From positions 1 to 64,000 of IMG/VR virus record IMGVR_UViG_3300037054_000079: a stretch of DNA of 64,000 nt, one strand, 5' to 3'. The notes under the pieces were generated by a model, which was given only the letters and a program-made list of their open reading frames with translations, was not told where the DNA came from and made no database searches. The translations under genes were made by a program, and so were the position numbers. This stretch comes from a virus. Of this stretch, positions 45,481 through 55,594 are shown piece after piece; position 1 is the stretch's first letter; each line of letters starts with the position of its first letter.

Positions 45481-46729
45481 TGCCCTTGGACTTGCCAGCC
45501 TTTTCGATCAACCCCGCAGCCGTTAAAGTCGTGGATGCGGCGTGCAGGCTTGTCGATGGTGGCGTCGGCAATTTTAGGCAGACCATGGTCGATTGGGACG
45601 CGCTCGTTAAGGCTGTTGCCAACTATCGCACCAGCCCTGATCCGAATGCTGCTAAACGTAATCGCGACGAACACGGGCCGGACATCCCGACTCAAGACCT
45701 CGATTGGAGAAGCAGACAGTGAGCCAAATGCATCCGATGCTCGTGCCGCTCTTGAACAAGTGCGAGCCGCCTGCTCGCGTGGTCGCGTTTGCAGTCCCGA
45801 CGCGCATCCTGCGCATCCTGCAAACGGACGAGGCCGGGTGTACTTTCCGAGTCGAGCAACTCGTCGAGCACGGCGGCTTTGGCGGCCCGGAGCCAAAAGG
45901 CGACTGGAAAACCCTATCGACGCACGGCAATCAAGTACCGGGGCAGTCCCTTAGTGTTGCATTCGAGGCGCTTTGGAAAGCGCAGACAAACTTGATCTAT
46001 AAACTCAAGAAGCGTATGGCATCGAAATTCCCGACCGTAGCGCAGCCGAATGGGGCCGTAAAATGAAACGGGTCAAGACAATAATCGCGACCGATAATGG
46101 TGGCGATGTTGAACTCCACATCGCGATCAAAGTCATTGTCAAGCACCGTGCTCTCACGCGCGGCGAGAGCCGAACCTTGCTCAACAAGCTTGTCGATGAT
46201 ATGATGTTCAACGTCAAGAACGCGCCGTACATCGACACGAGCTATGCGGAGATGGCCCTCAAATGAGCAAAATCAACGTGCTGCCCGGCGACGAGCCGCC
46301 AACTCCCGAAGTGCTGGCGCAGGCCATCGTCGATATTGCAGCGGGCCTGAAGAAGCTCAATGCGTCTCGACTGAAAAGCAATGCGGTCGTGCTTCTCGTG
46401 CACGAGGCCAGCGGCGTCGGCAAGCCAGCAGTGCGCGCAGTTCTCGATGCGCTTGCCACTCTCGAACAAACGTATCTGAAACCGAAAGACCGGAAATGAG
46501 CATCGCCAAAGTCGAGCCGGTTAGCAAAGATCGCATCGTGATCCGTATGTCCCCCGGCTATAAAGCCGTGACGTTCAAGCTTGCTGACGGCGGAGCCGAA
46601 TGTGTGATACTCGACAAGGACTCGACCGAAACAACACGGCTAGGCGTCGCGCCACCGCAGCCCGGCCACATGCTAGAGATCAATCATATTGACTACGGCG
46701 TCGAAATAGTATACCGAGCCAAACCATGA
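45480..46729 (+). other. Run of five small hypothetical genes (45480-45722, 45719-46066, 46063-46266, 46263-46499, 46496-46729)
   Basis: Consecutive 1-4 bp start/stop overlaps. Confidence 0.55.
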
Positions 46730-47078
46730 AGCCCGAAACAATCAGTACGCTCGCGCTCGTTATTGTGGTCGTTATCATGCTGAGCGTGATCGCGCTTTTC
46801 GCGCGCGGAGTACTCGTCTAATGCTCAGGAAATGGATTGACATCTGGCTTGAGTGGCTCGAACAGTTTCGGCGCTTGGTCGTGCCAGATAAGGATCGCGA
46901 CAATGGCGTCTCGTAGAGTGGAAGAATACGCCCACCAATACGGACTGTCCAACCGCCAAGCGAAGCGGCGCATGGGCGGACGCCGGTCCGAGTCCGGCGT
47001 TTTCCAGATCGCGCGTGGCGCTGCGGTGCAGGGCACCGGCAAAAAAGGTAAGAGTGCAAAGAAAGGCGCAGGCGGAGC

Positions 47079-47318
47079 ATGACAAAACAGACAGTAAGGA
47101 CAACGACAAAGCTGGCGACAAAGCCCGCACCGCAACAGACCACGCGGCACTATGGTCCGTGTCCGGCTTGTTCGGGCAGCGGCAAGCTGCGCAATTTGGT
47201 GCGGGCGCGCAACGTGAAACAACTGCGGAGCCAAGTGCCTGCGGCGGAGCGCAACAGAATGTGCAATATCTGCGGCGGCAAAGGTCAAGTCATCACAAGG
47301 GAAACGACAAAGAATTAA
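47079..47318 (+). CDS. Small protein with DnaJ-type CxxCxGxG zinc-finger repeats
   Basis: CPACSGSG and CNICGGKG. Confidence 0.55.
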   Translation: MTKQTVRTTTKLATKPAPQQTTRHYGPCPACSGSGKLRNLVRARNVKQLRSQVPAAERNRMCNICGGKGQVITRETTKN

Positions 47319-47319
47319 C

Positions 47320-48657
47320 ATGGCAGACAACGGACACCGGAAGCTATCCCCCTCAAGTAGCCATCGTTGGATGAACTGCGCCGGGAGCATCGCGCTCATT
47401 GGCGACGAGTCATCGTCCGCCGGTATGCCCGCGATGATGGGCACCGCCGCGCACAAGGTCATCGAGACGATGATCTCGAACAATGAGCATGAGGCTCGCG
47501 AGTATCTTGGCAAGGTCGTTCTTGTCAAGCAAGCTGGCGACGAGCCATCCGAACTTCACGACAGCGCCGATCCATACATGCTCAACACAGACGGCACGAC
47601 GCGCGCCGGGTGGTTCGCGTTCCCGGTCAATGAGGATATGGTCAGAAGCGTGCAAGTCACCATCGACGAGTGCGACCGCATCATCGCCGATATGTTTCAC
47701 CCGGAAATCTTCGCCGAACGCTTCCTCGATATGTCGTGGCTCGATCCGCGCTGCGGCGGCACCGCCGACTTCACCGCCGTCGAGCCGTTCGGTGTCGCGC
47801 ACTTGGTCGATCACAAGAATGGCCGCGTCGTCGTCGAGGTCGTGGACAACGATCAGTTGAAGAACTACGCGGTGGGCGTGGCGCACGAACATCCTGACTG
47901 TGAAAGCGTGCGCGTCACGATCTCGCAGCCGAACGCGCCGCATGCGGAAGGCGCGGTGCGCATGGTCGAGTTCACGCGCGACGAACTGGCGATCTATGAA
48001 ATCGAAATCAAGAAGGCTGCCGACGCCACGGCGATGCCGAACGCGCCACTGCGCGCGGGCGATTGGTGCGAGTGGTGCCCGGCCAAGACGCGCTGCCCGG
48101 CGTTCGAAGCAATGGCGATGGCTGAGGCTGCCGAGGACTTTGGGTTTAGTCCGGCTGAGGGACGAATGCCGGAGACGTTCGATGTGCTAGGCGAACTGGA
48201 CGTTCCCACGGTCAACACCGAGCGCACCGACGATCTCTATCGCAAGCGCAAGCTGATCCCACTGCTCGATCAGTGGTCGCGTGAGGTTGACTCGGCGATC
48301 CTGACGCATCTCATGAACGGTGTGCCAGTCGGCGATCTCAAACTCGTGCGCGGCAAAACGAACCGCAAGTTCATCGTCGATAATGTCGAGGTCGAACAGC
48401 GGGTCAACAAGGATGTGCCGGGTGTCGCTCTCGTTGACTTGTGGACTGAGCCGAAGTTCAAAGGTCCGGCGCAAGTCGAGAAGCTTGGCGCGGACAAGGA
48501 CGAACGCAAGCTCATGAAGGCCATCGTCGCCGAACTCGCCGCGAAACCGCCGGGCAAGTTGTCTGTCGCGCTCGCGAACGATCCGCGTCCGGCGGTCGAT
48601 CCCGCCGAAGAAGCGGCGACTGAGTTCGCCGCCGACCCAATCGAGGGAGAGGATTGA
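47320..48657 (+). CDS. DUF2800 PD-(D/E)XK (Cas4-like) exonuclease
   Basis: H..LSPSS..RW..C.GS, GT.AH, GTAD, D.K.G, N.QL..YA.G, WC.WCPAK..CPA. Confidence 0.88.
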   Translation: MADNGHRKLSPSSSHRWMNCAGSIALIGDESSSAGMPAMMGTAAHKVIETMISNNEHEAREYLGKVVLVKQAGDEPSELHDSADPYMLNTDGTTRAGWFAFPVNEDMVRSVQVTIDECDRIIADMFHPEIFAERFLDMSWLDPRCGGTADFTAVEPFGVAHLVDHKNGRVVVEVVDNDQLKNYAVGVAHEHPDCESVRVTISQPNAPHAEGAVRMVEFTRDELAIYEIEIKKAADATAMPNAPLRAGDWCEWCPAKTRCPAFEAMAMAEAAEDFGFSPAEGRMPETFDVLGELDVPTVNTERTDDLYRKRKLIPLLDQWSREVDSAILTHLMNGVPVGDLKLVRGKTNRKFIVDNVEVEQRVNKDVPGVALVDLWTEPKFKGPAQVEKLGADKDERKLMKAIVAELAAKPPGKLSVALANDPRPAVDPAEEAATEFAADPIEGED

Positions 48658-48917
48658 TGCCTAGCGCCGCCGATGAAAGCTTCGAGCAGAGTCGCGGGGA
48701 TGTGCACGCGAAACCAATTCACGCTGACATTACGGAGGGGATACACCTATTGTCCCGCTCGAACTTCTATTTAGCCGAGGACGCGCGCCGACCGGAGGGT
48801 CCAAATATCGGGTCGAATGGCGAGCACCTTACCATCTCTTTTTTATCGCTCAACCGGACGCACCTTGCCGAACGGCTGGGCGCACTGGAATGGTTGAATG
48901 AGAGGGCTAGGATATGA
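48654..48917 (+). CDS. Hypothetical protein
   Basis: Overlap-coupled. Confidence 0.4.
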   Translation: MMPSAADESFEQSRGDVHAKPIHADITEGIHLLSRSNFYLAEDARRPEGPNIGSNGEHLTISFLSLNRTHLAERLGALEWLNERARI

Positions 48918-49207
48918 GTAGCATCCTGTCTACCGACGATGAAGCTCTTGTAAAGCGCATTCGAGGTCCACAGCGAGAAACGATCAATGCAGTCGCCGAC
49001 GAGCATACCCGTCAGCTACTTCTTGCGGCGTTTGGTTTTCGCAATTCGACGCTTGGGCAACGCCGCGCGGTATCGCGCCGAATAACTCTGGCGCTGAAAA
49101 AACAAATTCTTGCCTATCCGGCGGGAGTGTACGACCGCACAATCGCGCAACAGTTGAATGTAGCGATCAATCCTGTATCGCGGCTACGTCGAGGGACTCG
49201 AAAATGA
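48914..49207 (+). CDS. Hypothetical protein with C-terminal HTH
   Basis: DRTIAQQLNVAINPVSRLR. Confidence 0.5.
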   Translation: MSSILSTDDEALVKRIRGPQRETINAVADEHTRQLLLAAFGFRNSTLGQRRAVSRRITLALKKQILAYPAGVYDRTIAQQLNVAINPVSRLRRGTRK

Positions 49208-49542
49208 AGCCAGTCCCAACAAAAGATGCCACGCACAAGTTTGCCAAGCCCGCGAATTGGGACGACGAGGCGAACGGCAAGTGCGGCGATCTGTCCGTTC
49301 GCGTGCAGAAGTTCGGCGCGACCGAACTTATTGAGTGCGTAAGCACGTGGGCACCGACAGAGGCAGAACTCATACTGCTCTTGCGCGGCGGAGTCGTAGT
49401 TCTGAGCATCGTCGGAACGCAGCCGCCGGTCGCAGTCACCGCCGAGGATTGTCCGCACATGGTCTTCGACGACAGCACTGCGCCGCTGCCGGATGAAGAC
49501 AGTCTCGGACGCGAGCCGGAGGCGGGCAACGATGGTGGCTAA
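49204..49542 (+). CDS. Conserved phage hypothetical protein
   Basis: P..WD....G.C..L.V..S.W.PT..EL..L..GG.V.L...G..PPV. Confidence 0.6.
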   Translation: MKPVPTKDATHKFAKPANWDDEANGKCGDLSVRVQKFGATELIECVSTWAPTEAELILLLRGGVVVLSIVGTQPPVAVTAEDCPHMVFDDSTAPLPDEDSLGREPEAGNDGG

Positions 49543-50155
49543 ACCTTACAAGTGCATCGTCTGCGGCAACACAGACCCGGACACGTTCGCCCGATGCTAT
49601 CATCCGGGATGTCCGGACGGTCACGATCAGCCGGGGCGCTTCCCGAGCTATCCGCCGACGCCCCTCACAGCCGAGGACCGGCGCGCGGGCCGCGTGATAC
49701 TGCTCATTCTTGCATTCTTGCTTATCAGCATGGTCTACGCCTGCAATCTCGTTCTGAGTACAGCGCACGCAGCCGATCACGGTTATGACCACTCCGCGCC
49801 GGTCGTGCAGTGGTTTGACGGCCTGTTGCAGCCGGATCGGCCAGTCGCCGCGACCGATCCACTCCTATACGGATGCTGCACAAAGAGCGACGCTTACGAG
49901 GCCGACATCTATGACGTGGAGGGCTACAACACAGGCCGAAAAATGTGCAACGCGACGATCACAGAGGGCAGCGAGAAGAAGTTTGCGGATAGCAGCACTC
50001 GTACAGCCATCCCGAACGGTACAAAGATTGAGTTCGCTTGCTCTAAAGTGAACCCGCCAAAAGACGGCAACCCGACAGGGCACGCATGGATTTTTGCGGC
50101 TGCTAGTGGCGTTCATACCACGTTCTGTTTTGTCCCACTACTGCCGGGGTCGTGA
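49532..50155 (+). CDS. Membrane-anchored Cys-rich protein
   Basis: TM helix, WF..L.QPD..CC..SD, NPTGHA..CF.P. Confidence 0.55.
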   Translation: MVAKPYKCIVCGNTDPDTFARCYHPGCPDGHDQPGRFPSYPPTPLTAEDRRAGRVILLILAFLLISMVYACNLVLSTAHAADHGYDHSAPVVQWFDGLLQPDRPVAATDPLLYGCCTKSDAYEADIYDVEGYNTGRKMCNATITEGSEKKFADSSTRTAIPNGTKIEFACSKVNPPKDGNPTGHAWIFAAASGVHTTFCFVPLLPGS

Positions 50156-50355
50156 CATGAGTTGTGAGGGCTGCAAAGAGCGTCGAGAAGCGGCTGCGGC
50201 GCTGCTGCGCGAGATGCGCGACTCATTCCTGCGCAAAGTAGGCGTCATACACATGCCGCCGCCAAAAGAAATTCAACCGCCGAAGGTTGACTCGCCGAGC
50301 GGGCGGTGATAAGTCCCGCGTGCCACTTAAAACCAAAACCATGAAAGGATACAAG

Positions 50356-50991
50356 ATGGCAACGAAAGCAGCGACGCCCGCAAAGGCGTTAAAAACTCCG
50401 AGGTTCCGCGTGAGCTTCGAGAGCGTGTTCGAAAAGTCCGCCTTTGGCACCAGCACTCCAAGTTGGTCGCTTACCGGGCTGTTCTACCCCAAGACTTTCA
50501 CCGACGACGAGAAGCAAAAGTGGATGGCTATCCGCAAGCAGCTTGACGTTGTGTCGCTGGAAGCTTTCAAGAAGCCGATGAAAGAACTCGACCGGGGTCT
50601 CTACAAGACGCCGTATCACAAGGGCAACGAAAAGTCCTATGAAGGCTACGGCGATCCGGATATGGTCTACTTCCGTATGGCAAGCGCGCTGCGCAAGCCA
50701 CAGATCGTAGACTTGACCGGCAACGCGATCACCATCGAGAACCGAGAAGAATTTTACTCGGGATGTTGGGCGCGCGCTTCGGTCAACGTGTTCGCGAGCG
50801 TCAAGTGGAAGTCCCTGTCCATTGGTCTCGGTAATCTGCAAAAGATCAAGGACGATACATCGTTCATGGGCGGTACATCAGCCGAGGAAGATTTCGGTGG
50901 TGACACGCCTGAGTTCGAGACGGGCACGGATGACACCGATTTTGGTATCGGTGGCTCTGCGGCTGACGAGGATGACGATCCGACCGCGTAA
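50356..50991 (+). CDS. ssDNA-binding protein (DUF2815/T7 gp2.5-like)
   Basis: R.SF..VF, YSGCWARASVN, GLGNLQKIKD, acidic tail. Confidence 0.88.
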   Translation: MATKAATPAKALKTPRFRVSFESVFEKSAFGTSTPSWSLTGLFYPKTFTDDEKQKWMAIRKQLDVVSLEAFKKPMKELDRGLYKTPYHKGNEKSYEGYGDPDMVYFRMASALRKPQIVDLTGNAITIENREEFYSGCWARASVNVFASVKWKSLSIGLGNLQKIKDDTSFMGGTSAEEDFGGDTPEFETGTDDTDFGIGGSAADEDDDPTA

Positions 50992-51023
50992 GCGGTAGGC
51001 TAGGCGGCGCGAAAGCGTGAGCC

Positions 51024-51068
51024 GATCCTCGGCGAACTTCTCCATGGCTCGCCGGGGATTTTCTTCTT
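51024..51068 (+). terminator. Intrinsic terminator after SSB
   Basis: atcctcggcga-N13-tcgccggggat followed by tttcttcttt. Confidence 0.55.
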
Positions 51069-51083
51069 TGCAAAGGACAAGAG

Positions 51084-51365
51084 ATGTTCACACGAAATCC
51101 GCCGCCGCCCCCGGCTCCGCCGCCGCCGGTTATCACCAAGATCGAGTTACTCGCCGACGCTATAGAGGCCATGGTGGTCGCGGTGAACGTCGCGCTTAAA
51201 GACCCGCCGCCGCGTAACGCATACGTCGCGGTTAAAACAGCCCGCGATGAAATGGCGACAGCCTTGCGAGAGTTTTTGCTGCCCACATTGCGAGTTGTCG
51301 GCGGACGGGATATGGATAGTTTCATAGATGATCCATTCCAGTTTGGGCCTCCGAAGAAACAATGA
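51084..51365 (+). CDS. Hypothetical protein
   Basis: AAGGA SD; ATGA overlap. Confidence 0.5.
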   Translation: MFTRNPPPPPAPPPPVITKIELLADAIEAMVVAVNVALKDPPPRNAYVAVKTARDEMATALREFLLPTLRVVGGRDMDSFIDDPFQFGPPKKQ

Positions 51366-51862
51366 GGGACCGGCTCACAGTTTTTCGAGATGATAAGCAC
51401 CGACGCGGTGTCGAGTCAGCCCGACGATACCGCGCGGCGCATCCTGAGCGCGTTGAAGGATCGTTCGCCCGCTGGCGTAAAGCTAACCCTACAACTTCGG
51501 CTGAGCGCCGCCGCGCCGATATAGCATGGTGCAAGAAACATCCTGTTCGCTACCTATTACGTGGCGCGCGTGCTAGGGCTAAGCGCAAAGGCATCCCGTT
51601 CAATTTATGTGAGGCTGACCTTTTACCCGCGCCAAAATGGTGCCCCATCTTAGGGCTGCGTCTTATCTACGGTGTTGACGGCAAAAGCCGACACCTGTAC
51701 GAGAACGGAGCCGCAGCGTCACTAGACCGCATCAAAAATGCACGGGGATACGTGAAAGGAAATGTCATCATCATAAGCTTGCGTGCTAATCTTTTGAAGG
51801 GTCAGGCTACATTGACTGAACTCAAAAGGATCGCCGCCTTCTATTCACGGATAGGAGGCTAA
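51362..51862 (+). CDS. HNH-type homing endonuclease
   Basis: CPILG..ASLDRIKNARGYVKGNV.IIS.RAN. Confidence 0.8.
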   Translation: MRDRLTVFRDDKHRRGVESARRYRAAHPERVEGSFARWRKANPTTSAERRRADIAWCKKHPVRYLLRGARARAKRKGIPFNLCEADLLPAPKWCPILGLRLIYGVDGKSRHLYENGAAASLDRIKNARGYVKGNVIIISLRANLLKGQATLTELKRIAAFYSRIGG

Positions 51863-51863
51863 A

Positions 51864-54800
51864 ATTATATTTTTAGATTTTGAGACGAGGGGTGTGGTCG
51901 ATCTGATAAAGGTCGGGCAGACTCGCTATGCAATGGACGAAGCAACACAGGCGCTTTGTTTTTGTTGGTCGTTCGATCAAGAGATCAAAGTCGATCTGTG
52001 GCACCGCGAGCATCCGTGGATCGTCAAGAGCACATTCCCCCGAGAGTTGTGCGAGCGCATCGCCAGCGGCGAGCTAGTCGAGGCGCATAACGCGGGCTTC
52101 GAGTTTCATATTTGGAATTTAGTGCTGTGCCGGGAATTTCCCGAGTTCGCACCATACCTCTTGAAGCTTGAGCAAATGCGCTGCTCAGCCGCGAAAGCCT
52201 CGTGTCTCTCGCTGCCCCGCGCGCTAGGCGATGCGGTGAACGCAGTCAATCTTCCGCAAAAGAAACTGGCGGACGGTCGCCGACTCATAAACAAGCTCAG
52301 CAAGCCGCATATCCGTAAGGTCAAGACGGTCGATCAGGGTAGGATCGACCTCGGCTACAGCAAAAAAGAAGCGACCACGGTCGAGAACGTCACCGAATGG
52401 TGCGAGGAAGAAGCCGAGCACCGCAAGAATTGGGTCTACTGCGCGCAGGACGTGCGCGCCGAGCGCGGTCTCTCGAACTTCTGCCCCGAGATGACGCCGC
52501 GCGAACTCGAATACTGGCAAATGGATTTTCGCATGAACGAGCGCGGGATCACGCTCGATCTCCCCGCTGCCGAAGTGGCGCTCGATCTTGCCGCTAAAGA
52601 GACCACGCGACTCAACACCGAACTGCAAGAGATCACGAGCGGCACCGTGCCGAAAGGTTCGCAGCGCGCCAAGCTGCTCAAGTGGATAAATGGTACGTTG
52701 CAGGAAGTTGTAGGTGAGCAGGTAGCCGGATTAGCCAATACCAAGGCAGATACGCTTTCCTTTTCGCTCCACGGCGTGCCCACAAAAGCCGGAGAGGAAG
52801 CTAAAGCTGCTGCCAAACCGGAGGTCGATGCGAAGTGGGAGGCCATCGGCATCAACGGTCTTCCGATACGCCGCGTGATGGAAATCTGCATGGAAGTCAA
52901 CCGAACCTCCGTGTCAAAGTACGATCAAATGGTCAACAGCGTTTGCCCGGACGGCAAGCTGCATGACATCATGCTCTACAACGGCGCGGACCGCCCGGTA
53001 AGCGGCGATGCGGAAGTGCTGACTCGCCAAGGGTGGCAGCGGATTGATGAATGGCAGGGCGGCGAGATCGCTCAGTGGGCACATAAGAAATTCAGCGCGG
53101 GTGAGATCACATTCGCCCCCGCAACGCGCGCGGCCTTTGCATACACCGGCGATATGGTACGGATGGTCGGCCCGAGTACAGAACTGCTTTGCACGGTCGA
53201 TCATAAAATCCCACTCATTAGCTGCCGAGACAATCTGACGGACTTTGCAGCAGGCGAAGTCGGTCGCTGTAATTGGGCGGCCCCTCTTGCGGGCCATTAT
53301 ACAGGCGCGCCTGAGCCGCACCCCCGCACGCGTCTCATTGTCATGTATCAGGCGGATGGCCGCACTCCCGAGGGAGCCGGAGCGCTGACCCTCCACTTTC
53401 GGAAATCAAGAAAGATAGCGCGGTGCAAAATGCTGTTACAGGCGGCCTCGTTGAAGTTCATCGAGCGGGTTGACGGAGATGGCTCTACCAATATCAAGAT
53501 CGTTGCTGCGCCCGGATGGCTGCGCCGCTCCAAAGAATTTGGAGCTTGGCTACTAGATCATGATCCAGTGGTGTTCGTTGACGAGCTAAAGCACTGGGAT
53601 GGCTGCACCGATAAGCGAAACATAGCTCCGGGAACCTCCTACTCGACATGCTCTAAAAACAATGCTGAGTGGGTGCAGACAATGGCGTCGCTCGCGGGGA
53701 CGCGCGCACACATTGAAGATCGTGGCACCCGCAATGAGAATTGGAGCCGAAGTTACCGCGTGCATGTCCATAGCGCAGGCGCACGGAGTTGGCTTAAGAA
53801 AGGATGGACGTTTGAGCGCGAGCCTAGCACGGGAGAAGTCTACTGCGCGCGAACGGAAACTGGCTATTTTCTTGTCCGCTATAACGGGACAATTCAAGTA
53901 ACTGGGAACACGGGCCGATGGTCCGGCAAAGGTGTGCAGCCCCACAACTTCGTGCGCGGCTGGACAAAGGATATGTCTTCCGCATGGGAAGACATCATGT
54001 CGCTCGACCTCGACCTCATTACGATGATATGGGGCGAGCCGATGGTGGTGCTCGCGAAAGCGTGTCGCGGCGCGCTCATAGCATCCGAAGGCAATGAGTT
54101 ATACGCCGCCGACTTCAACGCCATCGAAGCTCGCAAGCTCGCATGGCTGGCAAACTGCGTGAAGCTGCTCACGCTGTTCCTGAGCGGCGGCGATCCGTAC
54201 ATTGAAATGGCGTGCGCGATCTATCAGCTTCCGCTTCCGACAACTAAAGCGGAGCGCGACCTCTTTAAGAAAGAGCACAAGAGCGAGCGCAATCTTGGCA
54301 AGAAGGCCATTCTCGGGCTAGGCTACGCAATGGGGTGGGAGAAGTTTCAGGCGACCGTCTATGCTGACGAGGGCATATGGCTCGAAGACGAGTTCTGTCA
54401 GCGAGTCGTGCGCATTTATCGCAAGGAAATGTACCCTGAAATCCCGGCGCTGTGGGCGAACACCGGCATTGCAGCCATCGGCGCGGTGCAGGAAGGTGGC
54501 GAGTGGTTCGTTGGCGGCGACGAGCTTGGAGTCGGTGGCGTCAGCTACTTCATGAGCGATGACAGGAATTTCTTGCACTGTTGGTTGCCTAGCGGTCGCT
54601 TACTCGCGTATCTATATCCCGAAGTGCATGTGCGGGTGAACTACCGCTTCGCCGCCCTCAATGAGCGCGGCAAGCCGACGATGGTTATGTTCCCGGCGAA
54701 GAAGAACGTGCCGATGAACCGCGTGCGCTATCACGCCGAGAAGATAGCGGAGAAACAGCATAAGCGGCTGCTCGACGACAAGCCCGCGAGTTTCCTATCG

Positions 54801-55112
54801 CCGCACCTATCATTCATGGGCCGCAATATCGTCACTAAACAGTGGCAGCGGTGCGGCACCCACGGCGGATCGCTCGTCGAGAACTACGATCAGGCGTCGT
54901 CTCGCGATCTGCTCGCCGAAGCAATGTTGCGCGTAGATCAAGATGAACGATTTGGGCTGTTGCTCTCGATCCACGATGAAGTGATCGCTGAGGCCCCTAT
55001 TGGCACTTGCTCGCTTAAAGAGTTCGAGGATATGATGGCTATCGTGCCTGATTGGGCACCGGGTATGCCAATCGCCGCTGAGGGTTGGATAGGACCGAGA
55101 CTTAGAAAATGA
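51864..55112 (+). CDS. polA: Family A DNA polymerase with intein; likely non-canonical ATT/ATA start
   Basis: LDFET, AHNAGFE, YC..DV, GADR/TGRWSG, ADFNAIEAR, R..GK...LG.GY, IHDE. Confidence 0.92.
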   Translation: MIFLDFETRGVVDLIKVGQTRYAMDEATQALCFCWSFDQEIKVDLWHREHPWIVKSTFPRELCERIASGELVEAHNAGFEFHIWNLVLCREFPEFAPYLLKLEQMRCSAAKASCLSLPRALGDAVNAVNLPQKKLADGRRLINKLSKPHIRKVKTVDQGRIDLGYSKKEATTVENVTEWCEEEAEHRKNWVYCAQDVRAERGLSNFCPEMTPRELEYWQMDFRMNERGITLDLPAAEVALDLAAKETTRLNTELQEITSGTVPKGSQRAKLLKWINGTLQEVVGEQVAGLANTKADTLSFSLHGVPTKAGEEAKAAAKPEVDAKWEAIGINGLPIRRVMEICMEVNRTSVSKYDQMVNSVCPDGKLHDIMLYNGADRPVSGDAEVLTRQGWQRIDEWQGGEIAQWAHKKFSAGEITFAPATRAAFAYTGDMVRMVGPSTELLCTVDHKIPLISCRDNLTDFAAGEVGRCNWAAPLAGHYTGAPEPHPRTRLIVMYQADGRTPEGAGALTLHFRKSRKIARCKMLLQAASLKFIERVDGDGSTNIKIVAAPGWLRRSKEFGAWLLDHDPVVFVDELKHWDGCTDKRNIAPGTSYSTCSKNNAEWVQTMASLAGTRAHIEDRGTRNENWSRSYRVHVHSAGARSWLKKGWTFEREPSTGEVYCARTETGYFLVRYNGTIQVTGNTGRWSGKGVQPHNFVRGWTKDMSSAWEDIMSLDLDLITMIWGEPMVVLAKACRGALIASEGNELYAADFNAIEARKLAWLANCVKLLTLFLSGGDPYIEMACAIYQLPLPTTKAERDLFKKEHKSERNLGKKAILGLGYAMGWEKFQATVYADEGIWLEDEFCQRVVRIYRKEMYPEIPALWANTGIAAIGAVQEGGEWFVGGDELGVGGVSYFMSDDRNFLHCWLPSGRLLAYLYPEVHVRVNYRFAALNERGKPTMVMFPAKKNVPMNRVRYHAEKIAEKQHKRLLDDKPASFLSPHLSFMGRNIVTKQWQRCGTHGGSLVENYDQASSRDLLAEAMLRVDQDERFGLLLSIHDEVIAEAPIGTCSLKEFEDMMAIVPDWAPGMPIAAEGWIGPRLRK
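52995..53909 (+). mobile_element. Intein (305 aa) with LAGLIDADG-type endonuclease and atypical Pro1
   Basis: PVSGDAEVLT..GW, CTVDH, YQADG and HWDG, VYC..GYFLVR..TGN followed by Thr +1. Confidence 0.85.
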
Positions 55113-55594
55113 CGCCACAGCAAAAATGGTACGCTTCACATCCGCCGGAGTATCATGTGTGGAAAGACATGATCTCCCGGTGCTATACACCAACTCGGAA
55201 AAACTTTGCTTATTATGGCGGTCGCGGAGTGACGGTGTGCGCCCGCTGGCGGAAATCTTATGCGGCGTTCTTTGCGGATATGAAGCGGCGACCATCGGCG
55301 CGACACGAGCTAGACCGATATCCCGACAAGAATGGCCCCTATGCCCCGGACAATTGCCGGTGGGCGACGAAACGACAGCAACAGCAAAACATCCGCACAA
55401 ATCATATCTTAGAGTTTTGTGGATTGCGCCAGTGCATCACTGAATGGGCGCGGCAAATCGGGATTAGCCCGCAGGCTCTATATTATAGGTTGTCCCGTTC
55501 GCAAATGTCTGTTAAGGAAGCATTGACTCGTCCCCCGCGTCAGTATGGAGGACAGCTATGCAGACCGAAACTAAGTCAAGGACTTCTCAGGTGA
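55109..55594 (+). CDS. HNH endonuclease (YGGRG family)
   Basis: W.DM..RC..YGGRGV.VC.RW..LDR..NG.Y.P.NCRWAT. Confidence 0.82.
   Translation: MTPQQKWYASHPPEYHVWKDMISRCYTPTRKNFAYYGGRGVTVCARWRKSYAAFFADMKRRPSARHELDRYPDKNGPYAPDNCRWATKRQQQQNIRTNHILEFCGLRQCITEWARQIGISPQALYYRLSRSQMSVKEALTRPPRQYGGQLCRPKLSQGLLR

Noticed and set aside
47320-48657. Cas4-like nuclease as evidence of CRISPR-Cas
   Set aside because: This is the standard DUF2800 exonuclease of the DUF2800-DUF2815-PolA-SNF2 phage module
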